Positions 58,413 through 64,000 of a stretch of DNA of 64,000 nucleotides are shown piece after piece; positions within the stretch are counted from its first letter, which is position 1; each line of letters starts with the position of its first letter. Source of the DNA: Candidatus Woesearchaeota archaeon (lineage in GTDB: Archaea > Nanobdellota > Nanobdellia > Woesearchaeales > UBA11576); NCBI GenBank assembly GCA_018668595.1, contig JABJCP010000009.1, positions 62,735 to 126,734 on the forward strand. The letters run 5' to 3'. Both the position numbers and the translations under genes were made by a program. Below the pieces are notes generated by a model, which saw only the letters and a list, made by a program, of their open reading frames with translations, made no database searches and was not told where the DNA came from.

Positions 58413-59702
58413 ATGCAAAATTTAAATACTTTTTTAAATAGTTTTAAGCTCGCTGGAGAACCTTTTTTTATTAGAGGTGACAGGCTCTATACTTTAGAGC
58501 TTTCAAATGGTTTTTGTAACAGCGAGCAGTTTTTATCTTTAATGGAGCGAAAATATCCTCTAGAAAGATCAGTTGATATTAGCAATCTGGAGTATACCTC
58601 TTTTCTCAAACAAAAAAATTCAATTTTAAATTTTATGGAAAAACACATTAGAAATAATTTTATCAGTAAACTTGAAAGTTCAGAAAAAAAGGTAATTCGT
58701 GCAAGTGGTTTGTATGAACAAAATAGACTTTCTTCTATTGAACGATTTATTCGTGAAAAAATAATTCCTGAATATGCTGAAGTTGCAAAGCGTTTTTTAG
58801 ATGATAAATCAATAAAAACACCTAACCTTATAAAAAAAGTTTCAAAGGTTAAAGCAGAATCTTTTGATGTTAATAGTTTTGTTTGGCCAGGTATTGAAGA
58901 CTTAAAATCAGATATTAGTAGGTTGGATAAAATAATTGAAAAAGAAGGCGTTTTAATTGTTGGTGGTCGCTGTTATTCTGCATCTCGTTCAAAATCAAAA
59001 TCTTTATCTGATTATGTTAAAGCTGGAAGTTCTTTTTATAGTTTAGATTATATGTGTTGTGTTGATGAATTGGATAAAATTTACAAACAAGAATTAGTTA
59101 AGTTTTTTCAAGATACTTCAAATAAGCAGGGTAATATTTTAGTTCCTTTAATTAAGCAAAATAACCAAAAATTATCTAACTTAACAGATGCTGTTAATAA
59201 ATCTGTTGATCAAAAATTTGGAAATATTGGTTATAAGTGTGTTAGTGAACATAAGTATCAAATTTTTCTTAAGTTTAATCCGTTTATTATAAAAAAAGAT
59301 GATCAATACTATAAATTTCCTGAATTAAAATTAGGAACTGATTTAATTATCAAGAACAATATGCTTGAAATTGTAGCAGCACCTCAAGTTTTGGGTTCTA
59401 AACCATATCTTCATCCTTTTGTTTGGTCTGATAAACGCATTTGTTATTCTGGTGATACTAAACGTTGGCATTTTATAGGTATCGATTTTGGAAAAAAATA
59501 TCCTATAAATTCTGAACAAAATCAAAATGATGTTGCTTGGAAAGTCGCATTAGCTCTTTCAGAGGGTTTTAAGGTTATTCATAAAGGATATATTGGAAAT
59601 AAAATTATTCCTGTTAATAACTTACATTCTAGTTGTAAGTCTCGCAAAATTTCTTATTCAGAAATATCGCCCTCAAAATTAAAGGTGTATAACAATGATT
59701 AA
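58413..59702 (+). CDS. E2/UBC-like protein, paralog 2
   Basis: It carries YLHPFVWSDKRICYSGDTKRWHFIGIDFGKKY. The N-terminus MQNLNTFLNSFKLAGEPFFIRGDRLYTLE aligns with 52791 (MNIPKTILEDFKLCGEPFIIRSNRIYTLE). Confidence 0.45.
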   Translation: MQNLNTFLNSFKLAGEPFFIRGDRLYTLELSNGFCNSEQFLSLMERKYPLERSVDISNLEYTSFLKQKNSILNFMEKHIRNNFISKLESSEKKVIRASGLYEQNRLSSIERFIREKIIPEYAEVAKRFLDDKSIKTPNLIKKVSKVKAESFDVNSFVWPGIEDLKSDISRLDKIIEKEGVLIVGGRCYSASRSKSKSLSDYVKAGSSFYSLDYMCCVDELDKIYKQELVKFFQDTSNKQGNILVPLIKQNNQKLSNLTDAVNKSVDQKFGNIGYKCVSEHKYQIFLKFNPFIIKKDDQYYKFPELKLGTDLIIKNNMLEIVAAPQVLGSKPYLHPFVWSDKRICYSGDTKRWHFIGIDFGKKYPINSEQNQNDVAWKVALALSEGFKVIHKGYIGNKIIPVNNLHSSCKSRKISYSEISPSKLKVYNND

Positions 59703-60969
59703 TAAAAACAATAACAAATATGGTTCATCAAACAATAGTATAGATGAAGAAATTCAAAAACTTATAGGACCTATTAGAATTACTCGTGAAGCATTAGAAA
59801 AAGGTAAATTAATTGCAAAGCGTACTTGTGATATTGCAAAAAAATTTAATCTTGGAACTTTAGAAATTTATTTGTATAATCTTAATCCTATTGATAAACA
59901 AGAAAAAGGCGATTATGCTATTAGAGATTTGTACATTGCACATGAGCAAACTGTTTCTGCTATTAATTGCGAGGTTGGTGCTCAAGGTCAAATAATGTCC
60001 CGAGATATAGCTTATCAAGAGCATAATATGTATACTATTGGTTGGTCTCATTCTCATGGAGATCTAGGGGTTTTTGTTTCAGGAACTGATGATAATAATA
60101 CTAAAAATGTTGTCAAATTTTTAGGAATAGCGTCAGGGATTGATTTATTGGAAGAGTGTGGTTCAATTAATTATGAGAATATGGAAAACAAAATTACTTT
60201 TTTAGATGGATCGCAGTATTTTATTAGTGCAGAAACATCAAAAGATAAAGAGCTTGTTGAAGGTTTATTTGAAACTATTTTAAAATCAAATCCGTTAACA
60301 ATTCATACAAAGAAAAAAAAGTTTTTTAATTGGACTCCTAGTTTTGTTTTTAATTCTAAAGGAGATTTTCATCCTTTTATGGCATATTATTTAGATAGAA
60401 ATATGATGTTGGTTGATGGTTGTTCTTATGAAATTTTGGAGGAGAATAATGGCATATGTCTTGATCCGCAAGTTATTGATGAGGAAATAATTACTCGAGT
60501 TAGAGAACTCAACTTCATTAAAAATAAAAAAACGCCAGAAACTAAAAAAACTCAATCAAAATTGTACAATTTATTTTTTAAAAAAGCTGAAGAATTTGAC
60601 AAGAATCATGATAAACTCAAAGAGTATATTAAAAATAAACAGAATTCTAACCGTACTTCTAAACGAGAGTGGAAAAAAGAATCTGGTTTATCTAAAAACA
60701 TTCAAGAATCTGTTGTTGAAATGGGTGATCTTTTAGATCATTGTGAAAATGAGTTAGGGACAAATATTAGTGATGATGAACTTGCTAAAATAAAACAAGT
60801 TTATCTTGCAAGGCAGCAGCAGATTAAAGAAGCTCAACCATTAATAGAACAAAGAATTGATTCACTTTGTAATGAAGCTAACTCTCGTAATTATGTTAAG
60901 AACCACGGGTTGATTGATATGTATGAATCTATTTTAAAAAATTCTTTAGGAGGAGATATTGATGCCTAA
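59695..60969 (+). CDS. JAMM/JAB (MPN+) metallopeptidase
   Basis: The full JAMM motif E…HSHGDLGVFVSGTD (HxHx7Sx2D) is present. Confidence 0.6.
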   Translation: MINKNNNKYGSSNNSIDEEIQKLIGPIRITREALEKGKLIAKRTCDIAKKFNLGTLEIYLYNLNPIDKQEKGDYAIRDLYIAHEQTVSAINCEVGAQGQIMSRDIAYQEHNMYTIGWSHSHGDLGVFVSGTDDNNTKNVVKFLGIASGIDLLEECGSINYENMENKITFLDGSQYFISAETSKDKELVEGLFETILKSNPLTIHTKKKKFFNWTPSFVFNSKGDFHPFMAYYLDRNMMLVDGCSYEILEENNGICLDPQVIDEEIITRVRELNFIKNKKTPETKKTQSKLYNLFFKKAEEFDKNHDKLKEYIKNKQNSNRTSKREWKKESGLSKNIQESVVEMGDLLDHCENELGTNISDDELAKIKQVYLARQQQIKEAQPLIEQRIDSLCNEANSRNYVKNHGLIDMYESILKNSLGGDIDA

Positions 60970-62509
60970 TGAAGTTATTGCAGATATTAATAATCGTAAT
61001 CATTTAGCATGGAGTATTGATAAATCTATTAATATGGATTATTCAAAAAAATTAGCTGATTTAGAAAAAAATAAAACTGGTTTAAGTCAAGGGGTTTACG
61101 ATCAAAAGAAATTAGGTTTATTAGAAGAAAAAAAAGCAGAGTTAAGCAAGCTAGGAGAAGAAAGAATAAATTTATTAAATAATTTAAAAATAATGGTTCT
61201 TGGTTCAGGACCTCTTGCGCAATTTGTTAGCGGAGGGTTAATGGGTTTAGGTATTGGAACTATTTATGTCGTCGGTAATGAGATTGTTTCACGAAATGAT
61301 AGTTATGATTTTTTAGTAACTAAAGAATCAAATCTTGGAAAATCAAAAGTAGACGAAATTGTGGCTAGGATGAACGAAATTAATGATTATAATAATTTTG
61401 TTCCTGTTTTTTCAAGATTTAGTTCTGCTTTAACTAATTCATTTTATCCTTCGGATATGATTATTGATGCGACAAACTCGTCTGTTTCAAAAAATAAAGT
61501 TTTGAGATATTGTATTGATAACAAGATTCCTTTAATTTCTGCATCATCTAGTTTTAGAAATTCAAGAGTTTCTTCTTACAAACCAAACTCTGCACCTATT
61601 AGACTTAAAGATTCAGTTAATTTGGAAGCAGTTATTCACCAAGAACTTGATGGTCTTTCTCAAGACATTGTGAGTTCTGGAATTATTGCAGGAATTATTT
61701 TAGAGGAAGTTAGAAAGCAAAAGTTTTCTATGTCAAAAACAGATTTTCCTCTTAAAAATTTTCAAGTTGTAAATTATAATCCTTATTCTAAAACAAGAAA
61801 TAATAAGTTGAGAGATCTACCCAAATGTGCTAAAACTTATGCAAATAAACGTGTTTTAGTCGCAGGAGCAGGAGCGCTAGGTAATTTTGTTGCAATGGAA
61901 CTTGCTTTGTTAGGGGTTGGACAATTGGATATTTTAGATATGGATTCTGTTGAGGTTTCAAATCTTAATCGTCAAATTAATTTTGATAAGTCAAATATTG
62001 GTAAGGAATACAAAAAAGCAACAGTTCTTTTTGATCGTTTAAAAAAATTAAATCCATCTATTAATGGAACTGGAATAGTTGCAAAACTTGAAATGACTTC
62101 GGATAATTTGATTAAAGAAGGCAACTATGATGTTTTACTTGGTTGTTTTGATAATAAGATTGCAAGACAAACTTTAGATCATTTTGCGGAAAAATATAAT
62201 ATTCCTTATGTTGACGGAGGTTGTTCGACAAACGCAGGCCAGGTTGTTTCATTTATTCCTGGTTATAACCAGAAGGTCACTGAACAGGTTAATTTTCCAG
62301 ATCCTTCTAATAGTGGTAATCAGGTAGGTTGTGCTATTGTAGCTCAAGCTAATCCTAGTATTATTACTTCAAATGCAATTATTGGCAGTGCAACTGTTGC
62401 AGAGGCTTTAAAGATTTTATCAGGGCAAAATTATGGGGATGTTGGAGGTTCTTTTAACTATCGTAGTAATTCTCCTGACCGTATTTGGTTGGATCCTTAT
62501 GTTCCTTAA
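60959..62509 (+). CDS. E1-like (ThiF/MoeB/UBA) activating enzyme with tandem Rossmann domains (N-terminal degenerate, C-terminal active)
   Basis: The N-terminal domain reads IMVLGSGPLAQFV with no SNLNRQ. The C-terminal domain reads RVLVAGAGALGNFVAMELALLGVGQLDILDMDSVEVSNLNRQ. GGCSTNAGQV lies downstream. Confidence 0.65.
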   Translation: MMPNEVIADINNRNHLAWSIDKSINMDYSKKLADLEKNKTGLSQGVYDQKKLGLLEEKKAELSKLGEERINLLNNLKIMVLGSGPLAQFVSGGLMGLGIGTIYVVGNEIVSRNDSYDFLVTKESNLGKSKVDEIVARMNEINDYNNFVPVFSRFSSALTNSFYPSDMIIDATNSSVSKNKVLRYCIDNKIPLISASSSFRNSRVSSYKPNSAPIRLKDSVNLEAVIHQELDGLSQDIVSSGIIAGIILEEVRKQKFSMSKTDFPLKNFQVVNYNPYSKTRNNKLRDLPKCAKTYANKRVLVAGAGALGNFVAMELALLGVGQLDILDMDSVEVSNLNRQINFDKSNIGKEYKKATVLFDRLKKLNPSINGTGIVAKLEMTSDNLIKEGNYDVLLGCFDNKIARQTLDHFAEKYNIPYVDGGCSTNAGQVVSFIPGYNQKVTEQVNFPDPSNSGNQVGCAIVAQANPSIITSNAIIGSATVAEALKILSGQNYGDVGGSFNYRSNSPDRIWLDPYVP

Positions 62510-62522
62510 GTAGGTGTGTTTT

Positions 62523-64000
62523 ATGGCGAAGAAAAAAAAAAATAATCTAAAACAGGGAAAAAAAGTAGGAAAAAATAGAACGGAATTGTCTAAAAAAAAA
62601 AGAAAGCCATTTGAAAATAAATTAGATAAACTCAATAAACCTTTTTCAGAAGACAGTTCTTCGCAAGAACTTTCGTTACACAAAGATTATTCTAAACTAG
62701 ATTGGTTTTCTTTAAATGAGAAATTTGAATATGAACTTAATAAACTAGATATAAACCCTATTAATATGGAATTATTTAATTATGTTAGATCTGATTTATA
62801 TTGTGTTAAATCTGAATTAATAAATAGGAATTTAAGCAGTAGAGTAATTCTTGATAGAAATTATGATTTGGAATTGTTAATTAAAAAAGAGATTAAGCCA
62901 AAAGTTACTATTGATATTACTGATGATTCAATTGAAAAAAGCAAATTAATTGCAAAAAAACTCGTCGATCTTGGTAAAGCAGCAGGTTTAGGAAAGAATG
63001 AGATATATTTGGCAGGAGTTTGTGATAAATCCAACTATGATAAAGATGATTTTATTGTTGAGGATATTTATATTGTTCCTGATCAGGTTTGCTCTAATGA
63101 GCGATGCGAATTTCCAAGTACGGGCAAGTTTAAAATGCTTGATGAGTTGGATAAATTAAAAAAAGTTCCGATTATGTGGATTCATTCTCATTGTGATGAT
63201 ACTTATTTTTCTCCTGACGATAAAGATAATTTATTTAATCTGGTCAGATTTGATGGTTTTCTAAAAGAGTTGTCTTATGAATTATTGGATGAAAAATCGA
63301 GTTTAATTTTCAAATGTTATCCTGCAATTGTTGTTTCAGGAATAAATGATGCTGAAACTTTTGGAGTGCAGTTATTAAGAAAACCAAAAATTTATGACAA
63401 AGATTCTAAAAAAATATCTGAGATTAAAGAAAAATCCACAGTATTATTGACTGGGGCAGATATTTCAGTAAACATTCATAAGTTGGATGTTAAAATTAGT
63501 TTAGATGAAATTTTAATTCAAAAAGAATTGGTAAATAAAGTTACAATTAAAAGATATAATTCTATTCATAAATTATCTGATTATTATGATTGCAATCTAA
63601 AATTAATAAATTCTGCTGAACCAAAATATGTCGAAGAGCCGTCTACAAAAATTAAGGATAGTTTGGCTAATAGAGATGGGCAAAGAGCTCAACAAAAAGC
63701 ACAAGAAGAAAAAGTAAAAACATCAGGCATTCTTGGTAGATTAAAATCTGAACCTGTTGATGAAATTTCTGATTCAAGTTCATATGAACATACTGTTGCA
63801 ATTATTAAAAAAGACTTGCCAATATGTAGTGCTAATTCAGATTTAGTTAATGAAATTAAAAAACCTCGGGATGAATATTATGTTGGAGATTCATTTAAAA
63901 TTACGCATATTGATGTGAATAGGGGTTCTTTTGTTTTTAATAATAAAGAGTATTTCCTAAAATTCGATAATGAAAATATTAAACCATTTTTAGATTTATT
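62523..64000 (+). CDS. Second JAB/JAMM-like protein, 3'-truncated by the window edge and absent from the ORF track; paralogous to 59695 in its N-terminal region
   Basis: Manual translation gives MAKKKKNNLKQG... with EIYLAGVCDKSNYDKDDFIVEDIYIVPDQ and WIHSHCDDTYFSPDD (HxH-x6-S-x2-D). It shares IT.e..EK.KLIAK...LG..EIYL with the first JAB. An AGGTG SD lies upstream. Confidence 0.5.
   Translation, partial: MAKKKKNNLKQGKKVGKNRTELSKKKRKPFENKLDKLNKPFSEDSSSQELSLHKDYSKLDWFSLNEKFEYELNKLDINPINMELFNYVRSDLYCVKSELINRNLSSRVILDRNYDLELLIKKEIKPKVTIDITDDSIEKSKLIAKKLVDLGKAAGLGKNEIYLAGVCDKSNYDKDDFIVEDIYIVPDQVCSNERCEFPSTGKFKMLDELDKLKKVPIMWIHSHCDDTYFSPDDKDNLFNLVRFDGFLKELSYELLDEKSSLIFKCYPAIVVSGINDAETFGVQLLRKPKIYDKDSKKISEIKEKSTVLLTGADISVNIHKLDVKISLDEILIQKELVNKVTIKRYNSIHKLSDYYDCNLKLINSAEPKYVEEPSTKIKDSLANRDGQRAQQKAQEEKVKTSGILGRLKSEPVDEISDSSSYEHTVAIIKKDLPICSANSDLVNEIKKPRDEYYVGDSFKITHIDVNRGSFVFNNKEYFLKFDNENIKPFLDL

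Noticed and set aside
62420-62683. 87-aa minus-strand ORF
   Set aside because: It spans the E1 stop and the start of the 3' JAB-like gene on the opposite strand. It lacks an SD and reads through an A-rich homopolymer region.
1-64000. CRISPR arrays, IS/transposase genes, integrases, rRNA/tRNA genes
   Set aside because: No short regularly spaced repeats, no transposase- or integrase-like ORFs, and no tRNA T-loop/acceptor or rRNA signatures were seen on either strand. The 29.1-29.3 kb palindrome cluster was tested by eye for tRNA structure and does not fit.

Overview
This is a 64 kb, AT-rich (roughly 30% GC) prokaryotic chromosomal window with strong GGAGG-type Shine-Dalgarno sites and long co-directional gene arrays. 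The gene content looks archaeal (several Lrp/AsnC and TrmB-family regulators, a DUF134 / NifX-like / MinD-ferredoxin cluster). A GGDEF response regulator and a type-I GAPDH leave the domain assignment ambiguous (uncultured archaeon such as Asgard or DPANN-like, or an anaerobic bacterium). The ORF track omits two edge-truncated genes: a lipoprotein on the minus strand at the 5' edge and a JAB-like protein at the 3' edge. Four features stand out. (1) 52.8-64.0 kb holds an apparent ubiquitin-like conjugation locus: three E2/UBC-like proteins (HPxV-x5-[I/M]-C), five paralogous ~140-aa Ubl-like proteins (two ending in Gly-Gly) each behind a near-identical ~130-bp promoter module containing three palindromes, one E2-core+Ubl fusion, an embedded RimK-like ATP-grasp ligase, a tandem-Rossmann (eukaryote Uba1-like) E1 with the SNLNRQ motif, and two paralogous JAMM/JAB peptidases. 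(2) 12.3-26.5 kb is an operon-like array of five large eukaryotic-type Ser/Thr protein kinases fused to repeat domains (a novel ~45-aa 'FGGPH' repeat, HEAT-like repeats); they occur as active/degenerate paralog pairs behind a small RHH gene. (3) Seven consecutive genes at 46.5-51.6 kb all begin with the N-terminal motif M-x-D-[KP]-I-[KL]-x-K-L-K; one of them encodes a transglutaminase-like cysteine protease. (4) Several intergenic regions contain unusually dense perfect palindromes and direct repeats. No rRNA, tRNA, CRISPR array or IS element was recognised.
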